A program made the position numbers and the translations under genes. The notes under the pieces were generated by a model. The model was not told the origin of the DNA, did not search any database, and was given only the letters and a program-made list of their open reading frames with translations. Source: an uncultured Gaiellaceae bacterium (GTDB lineage Bacteria > Actinomycetota > Thermoleophilia > Gaiellales > Gaiellaceae). Taken from it: a DNA stretch of 64,000 nucleotides. Numbering within the stretch: the first letter of the stretch is position 1; each line of letters starts with the position of its first letter. The stretch spans positions 11,838-75,837 of the forward strand of contig CAVTQX010000004.1 of NCBI GenBank assembly GCA_963736935.1, given 5' to 3'. Of the stretch, positions 26,039 through 36,045 are shown one piece after another.

Positions 26039-27723
26039 AGCCGGCGGCGACGAACCGCCGCATCACGCTGCTGGCCGCGGCATTCCTCGTCCTCCTCGGC
26101 GCCGCGTTCGCACGCTCGGTCTGGATCCAGGTCGTCAAGGGACCGCAGTACGCGGCGATGGCGCTTCGCCAGCACCGCGAGACGATCATCGTCCCGGCCT
26201 CGCGAGGCACCATCGTCGATCGCAACGGGGAGCCGCTCGCGATCGGCCGGATGGCGACGACGGTGTACGCGAACCCGCGCCAGGTGACAAACGCACGCGA
26301 CCTCACGCTCGTCGCCGGCAAGCAACTCGGGATCGACCCGTCGGTCCTCTATCCGACGCTCGTCGATCGCTCCAAGGGCTTCGTCTACGTTGCGCGCAAG
26401 GCGGATCCGCGCAAGGCGAAGATCCTGCAGGCGCTCGACTTCGCGGGACTCGGCTTCTACCCCGAGGAGCTCCGCTTCTACCCGCAGGGACCCGTCGCCG
26501 CCCAGATCCTCGGCTATGCCGGCCTCGACAACAAGGGTCTCGAGGGGCTCGAGCGCTCGCTCGAGGGGACGCTCGCCGGGCAACCGGGCAGCCAGACGAT
26601 CGTCAAGGACCCGTTCGGGCGCGCGCTCGACGTCGTCGAGACCAAGCCGGAGACGCCGGGAAGGAGTGTTCGGCTGACAATCGACCGCGAGATCCAGGCG
26701 AACGCTGAAGAAGTACTCCAGGACACCGTGCGCCGCTGGGGCGCCCGCGCGGCGACGGCGGTCGTGATGGATCCCCACACGGGCGAGGTGCTCGCCATGG
26801 CCACGGCGCCGCGCTTCAACGCAAACCGCTTCTCGACGACCCGCGCGGATCGCCGGCGCAACCGCGCGGTCACGGACACCTACGAGCCGGGATCGACCTT
26901 CAAACTCGTCACGATCGCCGCCGGGCTGCAGGAGAAGATGATCACCCCGCGCACTTCGTTCCGCCTCGCTCCGACGATCAAGGTCGCGGACCGCGTGATC
27001 CACGAGGGGCACACCCGCGGGACGGAGCGCCTGACCGTGAGGCAGATCGTCGAGCAGTCGTCGAACATCGGCACGATCACGATTGCCGAGCGACTCGGGC
27101 CGGGCAGGCTCGCATCCTGGGTCGACCGCTTCGGGTTCGGCGCGAAGACCGGCATCGACTTCCCCGGCGAGTCTGCGGGCTTCGCGCTGCCGCTCGATCA
27201 GTGGTCGGGCTCGACGATCGGCACCGTGCCGATCGGCCACGGCATCGCGGTGACGCCGGTCCAGATGGCGCGCGCGTACTCGGCTATCGCCAACGGCGGC
27301 GTGCTCGTGCGGCCGCATCTCATCGAGCGCATCGACGGGCAGACCGTCGGAACGAAGCGCGGTCGCCACGTCGTGTCGCACGCCGTGTCCGAGCAGATGA
27401 TGTCGATGCTGCGCGGCGTCGTTCTCGAGGGAACCGGCACCGAGGCGGCCATCCCCGGCTACACGGTCGCCGGCAAGACGGGGACCACCGCGAAGATCGA
27501 CCCCGACGGCACCTACTCGACGTCGCGGTACGTCGCCTCGTTCGTCGGCATGGTGCCTGCGACGAAGCCGAAGCTCGTGATCATGGTCATGGTCGACGAA
27601 CCGCACGGCGACATCTACGGTGGTGTGGTCGCCGCGCCGGCGTTCCGCGAGATTGCGCGCTTCAACCTTCAGCACCTCGAGATTCCGCAGGACGCACCGA
27701 AGACGGCATCCTCGAACGGCTGA
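26035..27723 (+). CDS. ftsI: peptidoglycan D,D-transpeptidase (class B PBP)
   Basis: N-terminal TM anchor; SxxK (STFK), SxN (SSN), KTG (KTGT). GTGA overlap with ftsL. Confidence 0.9.
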   Translation: MKPAATNRRITLLAAAFLVLLGAAFARSVWIQVVKGPQYAAMALRQHRETIIVPASRGTIVDRNGEPLAIGRMATTVYANPRQVTNARDLTLVAGKQLGIDPSVLYPTLVDRSKGFVYVARKADPRKAKILQALDFAGLGFYPEELRFYPQGPVAAQILGYAGLDNKGLEGLERSLEGTLAGQPGSQTIVKDPFGRALDVVETKPETPGRSVRLTIDREIQANAEEVLQDTVRRWGARAATAVVMDPHTGEVLAMATAPRFNANRFSTTRADRRRNRAVTDTYEPGSTFKLVTIAAGLQEKMITPRTSFRLAPTIKVADRVIHEGHTRGTERLTVRQIVEQSSNIGTITIAERLGPGRLASWVDRFGFGAKTGIDFPGESAGFALPLDQWSGSTIGTVPIGHGIAVTPVQMARAYSAIANGGVLVRPHLIERIDGQTVGTKRGRHVVSHAVSEQMMSMLRGVVLEGTGTEAAIPGYTVAGKTGTTAKIDPDGTYSTSRYVASFVGMVPATKPKLVIMVMVDEPHGDIYGGVVAAPAFREIARFNLQHLEIPQDAPKTASSNG

Positions 27724-27749
27724 ACCTGCCGAGCCTCTAGCCTTTCGCC

Positions 27750-29189
27750 GTGGAGCTCGACGCCCTGATCCGGGCTCTCGCGCCGAGCGAGGTCACCGGG
27801 GGCGCACCGGTCGAGGTCCGCGACCTCGCCTACGACACGCGACGGGTGACGGAGGGCGCACTCTTCTTCTGCGTCCCGGGGTCGCGCGTCGACGGCCACG
27901 ACCTCGCCTGGGAGGCGATCGAACGCGGCGCGGCTGCGGTCGTCGTCGAGCGCCCGCTCGAGGTCGGCGTCCCGCAGCTGCTCGTGCCGTCCGTGCGCGA
28001 GTCGATGCCGGTCGCGGCCGATGTGTTCTTCGGCGAGCCGACGAGGGAGCTCGAGGTCGCGGGCGTCACGGGGACGAACGGGAAGACGACGACCGCATTC
28101 CTACTGCGATCGATCCTCGAGGTCGCGGGTCGTCGTCCGGGGCTCGTCGGGACGATCGAGTGGCAGATCGGACGCGAGCGGCGCCCGGCGCCGTTCACGA
28201 CTCCGGAGGCGATCGACCTGCAGCGCCTCTTCCGGGAGATGTTGGATGCGGGCGACCGCAGCGCCGCCGTCGAGGCGAGCTCGCACGGCTCGGCTCTGAG
28301 ACGTCTCGACCGCGTTCGCTTCGGCGCGCTCGTCTTCACGAACCTGAGCCAGGACCACCTCGACCTGCACGGGTCGATGGAGGAGTACTTCCGGGCCAAG
28401 CGGCGGCTCTTCACGGGGCCTCAGCCACCACCCGCGGCGGTGAACGTAGGCGACGAGTGGGGACGGCAGCTAGCGGACGATCTGGAGGATGCGCACCGGG
28501 CACCGCTCGTGACCTACGGGCTCGGCGGGGACGCGGAGATTCATCCCGAGGAACTCGAGATCGGTCGGCGCGGCAGCAGGTTTCGAGCCGGCGGTATCGA
28601 GATCGAGACGCCGCTCCGTGGGCTCTTCAACGTCGAGAACGTCCTCGGCGCCGTCGCGGCCGGTCTGCTGCTCGACGTCGACGAGGACGCGATCGTCGAA
28701 GGCGTGGCGCGCATGACGGGCGTACCCGGTCGGTTCGAGCCGATCGACGAGGGGCAGGCGTTCGCAGTCGTGGTCGACTATGCGCACACCCCGGACTCGC
28801 TCGCGACGGTCCTTCGAGCCGCACGCGACCTCGGCCAAGGGCGTGTGATCGTCGTGTTCGGCGCCGGCGGCGACCGCGATCGCGGGAAGCGGCCGCTGAT
28901 GGGGAAGGTTGCAGTCGACCTCGCGGACGTCGCGATCGTCACCTCCGACAATCCGCGCTCGGAGGAGCCGCTCGCCATCATCCAGGACGTCCTCCAAGGC
29001 ACCGGGCTCGATGTCGAGATCGACCCCGACCGGCGGAGCGCCATCGCTCGCGCGGTGTCGCTGGCGGACGACGAGGACGTCGTCGTGATCGCCGGGAAGG
29101 GACACGAGCAAGGACAGGACGTCGGCGGCGTCGTGTCGCCGTTCGACGACCGCGAGGTCGCGCGCGAGGCGCTTCGAGGGCGCTCGTGA
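27750..29189 (+). CDS. murE: UDP-N-acetylmuramoyl-L-alanyl-D-glutamate--2,6-diaminopimelate ligase
   Basis: GVTGTNGKTTT and the DNPR motif (TSDNPRSE). Confidence 0.95.
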   Translation: MELDALIRALAPSEVTGGAPVEVRDLAYDTRRVTEGALFFCVPGSRVDGHDLAWEAIERGAAAVVVERPLEVGVPQLLVPSVRESMPVAADVFFGEPTRELEVAGVTGTNGKTTTAFLLRSILEVAGRRPGLVGTIEWQIGRERRPAPFTTPEAIDLQRLFREMLDAGDRSAAVEASSHGSALRRLDRVRFGALVFTNLSQDHLDLHGSMEEYFRAKRRLFTGPQPPPAAVNVGDEWGRQLADDLEDAHRAPLVTYGLGGDAEIHPEELEIGRRGSRFRAGGIEIETPLRGLFNVENVLGAVAAGLLLDVDEDAIVEGVARMTGVPGRFEPIDEGQAFAVVVDYAHTPDSLATVLRAARDLGQGRVIVVFGAGGDRDRGKRPLMGKVAVDLADVAIVTSDNPRSEEPLAIIQDVLQGTGLDVEIDPDRRSAIARAVSLADDEDVVVIAGKGHEQGQDVGGVVSPFDDREVAREALRGRS

Positions 29190-30454
29190 TCCCGCTGGCC
29201 TGGCACGAGATCGCGGCGCTCGAGCTGGGACGGCTGGAGGGCGACGGCGATGTGGTCACCGCAGTGAAGGCGGACTCGCGCGACGTCGGCTCCGGCGAGC
29301 TGTTCGTCGCGCTCAACACGGGCATCCGCTACGTCGAAGAGGCGCGTTCACGCGGCGCGGCGACGCTCGTCCCGGACGACCAGGAGGTCGCGCTCGCCAC
29401 GCTCGCAGCGCTCGTGCGATCGAGGTCGGGTGCGCAGGTCGTCGCAGTCGTCGGCTCCGTGGGCAAGACGACGACGAAGGACATCCTCGGCGCACTCTGT
29501 GCGCCGCATGTCTCCACGATCTGGGCCGAGCGGAGCATGAACAACGAGATCGGGCTCCCGCTCACGGTGTGCCGACTCGAGCCCGAGACGGGGGTGCTCG
29601 TGACGGAGATGGGGATGCGCGGTATCGGCCAGGTCGCGGTGCTCTGCGTCGTCGCGCGACCGACCGTCGTCGTCGTTCCGCATGTCGGGCCGGAGCATCT
29701 CGAGCTTCTCGGCTCCGTCGATCGCGTGGCGGAGGCGAACGCCGAGGCGATCGCGGCGCTTCCGGCCGGGGGCGTCGCGGTGGTGCCCGCAGCGGGTCCG
29801 CTCGATCCGTACCTCGTGCGCGACGACATCACGATCCGCCGCTTCGAGGCCGGCGACGTCCAGCAGCTCGACGCCGTCACGCGCTTCTCGGTCGGGAACG
29901 CGACCATCGACCTCGAGCTCCCCTTCACGCAACGCCACCTCGTCTCCAACACGCTCGCCGCGCTTCATGCCTATGACGCGCTCGGTCTGCCGCTCGACCG
30001 GGTGTCCGAAGGCGTCCCCGGCATCGTCCTCTCTCCCTGGAGAGGCGACGAGATCCCGCTCCCGGGTGGCGGGTTCGTCGTCAACGACGCCTACAACGCC
30101 AACCCCGACTCGATGCGGGCGGCGCTCGAGCATCTCGCGGAGCGCGCCGGTGAGCGCCGGAAGCTGGCGATTCTCGGAGAGATGGCCGAGCTCGGGGAGA
30201 ACGCTCCTGCCTACCACCTGGCGATCGGCGAGCTCGCCGGTGGGCTCGGTGTGGCCGTGATCGGCGTGGGCGAGGCGTCACGGGCATACGAGCCCGTGGC
30301 CTGGGCGGCGGACGCCGAAGCCGCCGTCGAGGAGGCGCGCGCGTTGATCGGACCGGGAGATGCGGTCCTCGTGAAGGCCTCCCGTGCCGTCGGGCTCGAA
30401 GGCATCGCAGACGAGATCACGAACTTCGCTCGAGCATGGTCCCTGTCCTCATAG
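29186..30454 (+). CDS. murF: UDP-N-acetylmuramoyl-tripeptide--D-alanyl-D-alanine ligase
   Basis: VGSVGKTTTKD, NNEIGLP, NDAYNANPDSM. GTGA overlap with murE. The long upstream ORF extension was rejected. Confidence 0.9.
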   Translation: MIPLAWHEIAALELGRLEGDGDVVTAVKADSRDVGSGELFVALNTGIRYVEEARSRGAATLVPDDQEVALATLAALVRSRSGAQVVAVVGSVGKTTTKDILGALCAPHVSTIWAERSMNNEIGLPLTVCRLEPETGVLVTEMGMRGIGQVAVLCVVARPTVVVVPHVGPEHLELLGSVDRVAEANAEAIAALPAGGVAVVPAAGPLDPYLVRDDITIRRFEAGDVQQLDAVTRFSVGNATIDLELPFTQRHLVSNTLAALHAYDALGLPLDRVSEGVPGIVLSPWRGDEIPLPGGGFVVNDAYNANPDSMRAALEHLAERAGERRKLAILGEMAELGENAPAYHLAIGELAGGLGVAVIGVGEASRAYEPVAWAADAEAAVEEARALIGPGDAVLVKASRAVGLEGIADEITNFARAWSLSS

Positions 30455-31452
30455 CGGGCCTCATCGCGATGGTGGCAGCCGTCGTGATCGGGCCGAAGTT
30501 CATCGAGCTGCTCCGGACCAGGAACCTCGGCCAGCAGATCCGCGCGGAGGGTCCGGCGACCCACGTCGTCAAGCAGGGAACGCCGACCATGGGCGGCCTG
30601 CTGATCATCGCCTCGGCCGTCATTCCGTTCCTGTTCCTCTCGCAGTACACGGCCGAGGGGGTGACCGTCCTCTTCATGACGCTCGGCTGCGCGCTGATCG
30701 GGTTCACGGACGACTACCTGAAGCTCCGCAAACGCCACTCGCTCGGGCTTCCCGGGCGGTGGAAGATGGTCGGCCTCGTGGTGGTCACGGTCGTGGCCGC
30801 GCTGCTGCTCAACGAGAGCACCACCTTCTCGACGGACGTCTACGTCCCGATCGTCAACTGGACGGTCGATCTCTCCTGGGGCTATTACGTCCTGCTCTTC
30901 CTGCTCATCGGCGGCACCGTCAACGGCGCGAACCTCACCGACGGGATCGACGGACTCGCGGCAGGAGTGGTCGTGATCATGCTGCTGACCTTCCTCGCGA
31001 TCGCGGGCATCGCCTGGATCCGCTCGGGCGACCCGGGCGCACGCAGCGACACGCTGCTCGACATCGCGACGCTCGCCGCCGCGCTCATCGGCGGGACGAT
31101 CGGGTTCCTCTGGTACAACGCCTTCCCCGCCGAGGTGTTCATGGGCGACACCGGCTCATTCGCCCTCGGCGGCGCGATCGCGGGGTTCGCGGTCGTCACC
31201 GGCACGGAGATCCTGCTGCCGCTGATCGCGGGGATCTTCGTCATCGAGGTGATGTCGCTGATCATCCAGGTGGTCAGCTTCAAGCGAACGGGCAAGCGCG
31301 TGTTCCTGATCGCGCCGATTCACCACCACTTCGAGATGAAGGCGTGGTCGGAGACGAAGATCATGGTGCGCTTCTGGGTCGTGTGCGCGATCTTCTGCGC
31401 CTCGGGCTTCGCGCTCTTCTATCGCGACTTCCTCCAGTTCGTCCAGCCGTGA
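30436..31452 (+). CDS. mraY: phospho-N-acetylmuramoyl-pentapeptide-transferase
   Basis: KQGTPTMGGLLII, NLTDGIDGLA, FMGDTGS, PIHHHFE. Confidence 0.95.
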   Translation: MVPVLIAGLIAMVAAVVIGPKFIELLRTRNLGQQIRAEGPATHVVKQGTPTMGGLLIIASAVIPFLFLSQYTAEGVTVLFMTLGCALIGFTDDYLKLRKRHSLGLPGRWKMVGLVVVTVVAALLLNESTTFSTDVYVPIVNWTVDLSWGYYVLLFLLIGGTVNGANLTDGIDGLAAGVVVIMLLTFLAIAGIAWIRSGDPGARSDTLLDIATLAAALIGGTIGFLWYNAFPAEVFMGDTGSFALGGAIAGFAVVTGTEILLPLIAGIFVIEVMSLIIQVVSFKRTGKRVFLIAPIHHHFEMKAWSETKIMVRFWVVCAIFCASGFALFYRDFLQFVQP

Positions 31453-31453
31453 G

Positions 31454-32716
31454 ATGAGGACAACGGAACTCGCCGGCAGGCGTGTCCTCGTCGTCGGCCT
31501 CGCGCGCTCGGGCAAGGCGGCCGCCGAGGCGCTCGTCGGCCATGGCGCAACGGTCGTCGGATTCGATCGCGACGAAGAGCTCGACGTCGGGAGGCTCCTC
31601 GACCTCGGCGTCGAAATTCACAAGGGACACGAGGAGGAGAGGCTGTTACAGGGGATCGATCTCGTCGTGAAGAGCCCGGGAGTCCCGGGTGAGACGCTGC
31701 TCGTCGCGAGCGCGCACGAGCGCGCCGTCCCCGTGTGGAGCGAGATCGAGCTCGGCTCGCGGCTCCTCTCGAACCCGATCCTCGGCGTGACGGGGACGAA
31801 CGGCAAGACGACCACGAGCGAGCTCCTCGGCGCGGTCTTCCTTGCCGCCGGGCGTTCGGTCGAGGTCGCCGGCAACGTCGGTCGGCCGCTGACGTCGCTC
31901 GCCGGCGCGGTGGCCGACGACGCATGGGTCGTCTGCGAGCTCTCCTCGTTCCAGCTCGAGGACGTGCATACGTTGAAGCCGCGCGTCGGCATCCTCCTCA
32001 ATCTCGAGCCCGACCACCTCGACCGCCACGGGACCTTCGAGGCGTACGGCGACGCGAAGCTCCGGATGTTCGAGCACCAGACCGGGGAGGACGTCGCCGT
32101 TCTCCCGCGCGGCTTCGTGGACGTTCCCGGTGAGGCGGTGCGCGCCGACTTCGCAGCTGACGACGCCCTCCCCGCCGAGCCGTTGATCCCCGGCCTGCAC
32201 AACCGCGAGAACGCGTCCGCGGCGACCGCGGCCGCGCGCGCTGCCGGCATCGAGGACGACGCCATCGGTGAGGCACTGAGAACGTTCGCAGGCGTTCCTC
32301 ACCGGATCGAGGCGGTCCGCGAGCTCCGCGCCGTGCGCTACGTGAACGACTCGAAAGCGACGAACGTCGCGGCTGCGCTGCGTGCGCTCGCGTCGTTCCC
32401 CGACGCGCGGGTGCACGTCATCCTCGGCGGCCTTGGGAAGCACGAGGCATACGAGTCTCTCGCGGCAGCCTTCAAGCCCGGCGATGTCGCGTACCTCATC
32501 GGCGAGAGCACGGACGAGATCGAGCCCGCCCTGGTCGCCGGTGGTGTTCCGTTCGTGCCCTCGGGGACGCTTGCAGGCGCGGTTGCGGCGGCAGCGAAGG
32601 CGGCCGCAGCCGGTGACGTCGTCCTGCTCTCGCCCGCGTGCGCGAGCTTCGATCAGTTCCGCGACTTCGAAGCCCGCGGCGACGCGTTCCGCGCGCTCGT
32701 GCAGGAGCTCTCGTGA
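31454..32716 (+). CDS. murD: UDP-N-acetylmuramoylalanine--D-glutamate ligase
   Basis: GLARSG, GVTGTNGKTTT, NDSKATN. Confidence 0.95.
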   Translation: MRTTELAGRRVLVVGLARSGKAAAEALVGHGATVVGFDRDEELDVGRLLDLGVEIHKGHEEERLLQGIDLVVKSPGVPGETLLVASAHERAVPVWSEIELGSRLLSNPILGVTGTNGKTTTSELLGAVFLAAGRSVEVAGNVGRPLTSLAGAVADDAWVVCELSSFQLEDVHTLKPRVGILLNLEPDHLDRHGTFEAYGDAKLRMFEHQTGEDVAVLPRGFVDVPGEAVRADFAADDALPAEPLIPGLHNRENASAATAAARAAGIEDDAIGEALRTFAGVPHRIEAVRELRAVRYVNDSKATNVAAALRALASFPDARVHVILGGLGKHEAYESLAAAFKPGDVAYLIGESTDEIEPALVAGGVPFVPSGTLAGAVAAAAKAAAAGDVVLLSPACASFDQFRDFEARGDAFRALVQELS

Positions 32717-33948
32717 GGGGCGACGGGCACACCGACCAGCGCATCGTCGCGCTCATCACGCTCGGGCTGGTCGCCTTCGGGCTCGTGATGGTGTACAGCG
32801 CGACCTCGGCCTCGGCTGCGCTCGGCAACGGCGACCCGATGAGCTTCCTCAAGCGTCAGGCGGTCTACGCGTTCATCGGCGTCGTACTGATGACCATCGC
32901 GTCGCGGTTCGACTACCACCGACTCCGGTACCTCTCGCCGCCCCTGCTCCTCGCGTCGTTCGTCCTCTGCGTCGCGGTGCTCGTCGTCGGACCGTCGATC
33001 AACGGCGCGCACCGCTGGTTCGTGCTCGGGCCGGCGAGCTTCCAGCCGTCCGAGCTCGCGAAGCTCTCGCTCTGCCTCTTCGCCGCCGTCTACCTCGCGC
33101 GTCGGAGAGCACCGAGGACCTTCGGCGAGCTGGCGAAGCCGCTCGGGATCCTGGCCGTCGTGTTCTGCGGCCTCATCGTCGTCGAGCCCGATCTCGGAAC
33201 GACGATCACCATCGGCGGGATGATGCTCGCGATCCTGCTCGTCGCCGGCGTCCCGGTCAGGCTCCTCTTCGTGGCGACGTTCCTCGCGCTCGGGCTCGGG
33301 ATGCTCGCGATCTACATGGAGCCGTACCGCCGCGCTCGCGTCTTCAGCTTCCTCGACCCCTGGTCGGACGCGCAGGGCGCCGGATTCCAGATCGTCCAGG
33401 CGACCATCGGGATCGGTTCGGGCGGCGTGACAGGCGCCGGGCTCGGCGAGGGCGTGGGAAAGATCTCGTACCTCCCCGAGGCGCACACGGACATGATCTT
33501 CGCGGTGATCGGAGAGGAGCTCGGGCTCATCGGCGCAACGCTCGTGATCGGGGCGTTCGCGCTCCTCGCGTTCGCGGGGTTCCGGATCGCGATGCGGTGT
33601 CGGGACCCGTTCGGGAAGCTCCTCGCGGCCGGCATCACTGCACTCGTCTGCGGGCAGGCGGCGATCAACCTCGCCGCTGCGCTCGGCATCGCGCCGCTCA
33701 CCGGCATCCCGTTGCCGTTCGTGTCCTACGGAGGCTCGAGCCTCGTGGTGCTCCTCGCCGCCGTGGGAATTCTCCTTAACATCGCCGTCAATGAACGGGT
33801 CGTCGGAGCTTCGGTGCGTGATCGCAGCGGGAGGGACCGCAGGGCACGTTCGACCGGCACTCGCGGTCGGCGAAGCACTTCGCGCGCGCGGGGTGACGGT
33901 GACGTTCGCCGGGTCGCCAGACCGCGTCGAGTCGCGGCTCGTTCCTGA
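32713..33948 (+). CDS. ftsW: SEDS-family peptidoglycan glycosyltransferase FtsW
   Basis: FQPSELAKL, LPEAHTDMIFAVIGEELG, PLPFVSYGGSS. GTGA overlap with murD. The Arg-rich tail runs 158 nt into murG. Confidence 0.88.
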   Translation: MRGDGHTDQRIVALITLGLVAFGLVMVYSATSASAALGNGDPMSFLKRQAVYAFIGVVLMTIASRFDYHRLRYLSPPLLLASFVLCVAVLVVGPSINGAHRWFVLGPASFQPSELAKLSLCLFAAVYLARRRAPRTFGELAKPLGILAVVFCGLIVVEPDLGTTITIGGMMLAILLVAGVPVRLLFVATFLALGLGMLAIYMEPYRRARVFSFLDPWSDAQGAGFQIVQATIGIGSGGVTGAGLGEGVGKISYLPEAHTDMIFAVIGEELGLIGATLVIGAFALLAFAGFRIAMRCRDPFGKLLAAGITALVCGQAAINLAAALGIAPLTGIPLPFVSYGGSSLVVLLAAVGILLNIAVNERVVGASVRDRSGRDRRARSTGTRGRRSTSRARGDGDVRRVARPRRVAARS

Positions 33949-34867
33949 GGCCGGTTTCGAGCTCGACACGTTCGCGGTCTCCGGGATCCCGCGACGCATC
34001 GGGGTCGGCCTCGTGCGGTCCCTCTCGCAGGCGATCCGAGCGCCCTTCTCATGCAGCACGATCCTGTCCCGGCGCCGGCCGGACGTCGTGCTCGGTGGAG
34101 GTGGATACGTCGCGGGGCCAATGGTGCTCGCCGCCCGTCTACGCGGCATCCCGGCGGCGCTGACGGAGGCGGACGCGCACCTCGGGCTCGCGAATCGGCT
34201 CGCCGCGCCGTTCGCACGTCGCGTCTTCCTCGCCTACGCGATCGACGGGCGTGACGGACCGAAGTACCGGGTCGTCGGTCGCCCGATCCCGACCGCGCAC
34301 CTGGGTGCATCGAAGGAGGAGGGTCGCGCTCGGTTCGGGCTGGTGGCGGACGGCCCCGTGCTCGCCGTGTTCGGCGGGCTGGCCGGAGCCCAGTCGCTCA
34401 ACGAGTTCGCGGTCTCGGCCTTCGGTGAGCGCGGCCCTGCGGTCCTTCACGTCTCCGGTGAGCGCGACTACGAAGCGGTGCGTGCGCGCGTGCGCCGCGA
34501 GGACTACGTGCTCGTTCCCTCGACGGACCACTTCGGCGCGGCGCTCGCGGCCGCCGGGCTCGCGATCTCTCGAGCGGGTGGAACCGTCTGGGAGCTCGCC
34601 GCCGCGGGAACACCGGCGATCCTGGTGCCCTACCCGCACGCGACCGCCGATCATCAGACGCTCAACGCGCGGTACTTCGCGGACGGCGGTGGAGCGATCG
34701 TCGTCGATCAGTCCGACCTCGCGAGCGTGCCCGCGCTGGTGGGGGAGCTCCTCGGCGATCCCGCTCGCCTCGCGCGGATGAGCCACGCGATGAAGGCGCT
34801 CGCCAGGCCCGATGCGGCCGACGTCGTCGCCGACGAGCTCCTGGCGCTCGCGGGAGCCGGGCGGTGA
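33791..34867 (+). CDS. murG: undecaprenyldiphospho-muramoylpentapeptide beta-N-acetylglucosaminyltransferase
   Basis: AAGGTAGHVRPALAV and SRAGGTVWELAAAGTPAILVPYPHATADHQTLNA. Confidence 0.95.
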   Translation: MNGSSELRCVIAAGGTAGHVRPALAVGEALRARGVTVTFAGSPDRVESRLVPEAGFELDTFAVSGIPRRIGVGLVRSLSQAIRAPFSCSTILSRRRPDVVLGGGGYVAGPMVLAARLRGIPAALTEADAHLGLANRLAAPFARRVFLAYAIDGRDGPKYRVVGRPIPTAHLGASKEEGRARFGLVADGPVLAVFGGLAGAQSLNEFAVSAFGERGPAVLHVSGERDYEAVRARVRREDYVLVPSTDHFGAALAAAGLAISRAGGTVWELAAAGTPAILVPYPHATADHQTLNARYFADGGGAIVVDQSDLASVPALVGELLGDPARLARMSHAMKALARPDAADVVADELLALAGAGR

Positions 34868-36045
34868 GCGCTCCCCCGCTCGAGGGCCGGCGCCTCTACT
34901 TCGTCGGAATCGGCGGGGCTGGGCTGTCCGCCTACGCGAACTTTGCGCGCGAGTGGGGCGCCGAGGTGCGCGGCTGGGACGTGCGCGACACGATCTTCCT
35001 CGAAGCTGTCGAAGGGATCGACGTCGACCTCGGTGGCGAGCCGGTCCCTCCGGCCGATTTCGAGGTCGTCGTCTCGGCGGCGCATTCCGGCCGTGTCCAT
35101 GGTCGCTCTCGCGCTGAGTTCCTCTCGGAGCTCGTTGCGCTTCGTCGCTCGATCGTGGTCGGGGGCGCTCACGGCAAGACGACGACGGCCGCCATGGTCG
35201 CGTACGTCCTGCGCGAGCTCGGCCACGACCCGGCGTGGATCATCGGAGGCGTCGTGCCGCAGCTCGGTGGGAACGCCGGGGCGGGCGAGGGCTGGCTCGT
35301 CGTCGAGGGCGACGAGTCCGACCGCTCGATCGGGCTCCTCGCACCCGAGATCGCCGTGGTCACGAACATCGAGCTCGACCACCACGCGACCTTCGCGTCC
35401 GAGGCCGAGCTCGCAACCTTCTTCGCGGAGTGGCTCGCGCGAGCGCCGGTCGCGGTGCGCGGCTGGGAGCTCGAGCCCGCAGACTGCACGCTCTCGGTCC
35501 CAGGTGCGCACAACCGGCGGAACGCCGCCGCTGCGCTCGCTGCGCTGGAGCACGCGGGTGTCGTGCGAGCCGACGCGCAACGTGCGGTCGCGGGCTTTGC
35601 CGGCGTGGGGCGCCGGTTCGAGCTCGTCGGCGAGCGAGGCGGCGTGCGGGTGATCGACGACTACGGCCACAATCCGACCGAGATCGCCGCAGCGCTCGAA
35701 ACGGCCCGCGAGCTCGAGCCGCGCGCGCTCGTGGCCGTCTACCAGCCGCACGTCTACGAGCGCACGCGCCAGCTCCACCACGAGCTCGCCGCCGCCCTCG
35801 GTCGGGCTGACGCGGTGATCGTGACCGATGTGATCGACGGCCGAGATGCGCGGATCCCGGGGGTGAGCGGCAAGCTCGTCCTCGATCGGGTTCCGGCGCC
35901 GACCCGGCGCGGCTGGGCGCCGACCCTCGAGGATGCGTCGGCCCTCGCCCTCGCGTGGGTCCGGCCCGGCGACGTCGTGGTCACACTCGGGGTGGGGGAG
36001 CCGTGGCGGATCGCGCGGGCGGTGGCCGAGGGGTTGCCGGCGTGA
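34864..36045 (+). CDS. murC: UDP-N-acetylmuramate--L-alanine ligase (compact, 393 aa)
   Basis: FVGIGGAGLSAYA, GAHGKTTT, EGDESD, DDYGHNPTEI. Confidence 0.9.
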   Translation: MSAPPLEGRRLYFVGIGGAGLSAYANFAREWGAEVRGWDVRDTIFLEAVEGIDVDLGGEPVPPADFEVVVSAAHSGRVHGRSRAEFLSELVALRRSIVVGGAHGKTTTAAMVAYVLRELGHDPAWIIGGVVPQLGGNAGAGEGWLVVEGDESDRSIGLLAPEIAVVTNIELDHHATFASEAELATFFAEWLARAPVAVRGWELEPADCTLSVPGAHNRRNAAAALAALEHAGVVRADAQRAVAGFAGVGRRFELVGERGGVRVIDDYGHNPTEIAAALETARELEPRALVAVYQPHVYERTRQLHHELAAALGRADAVIVTDVIDGRDARIPGVSGKLVLDRVPAPTRRGWAPTLEDASALALAWVRPGDVVVTLGVGEPWRIARAVAEGLPA

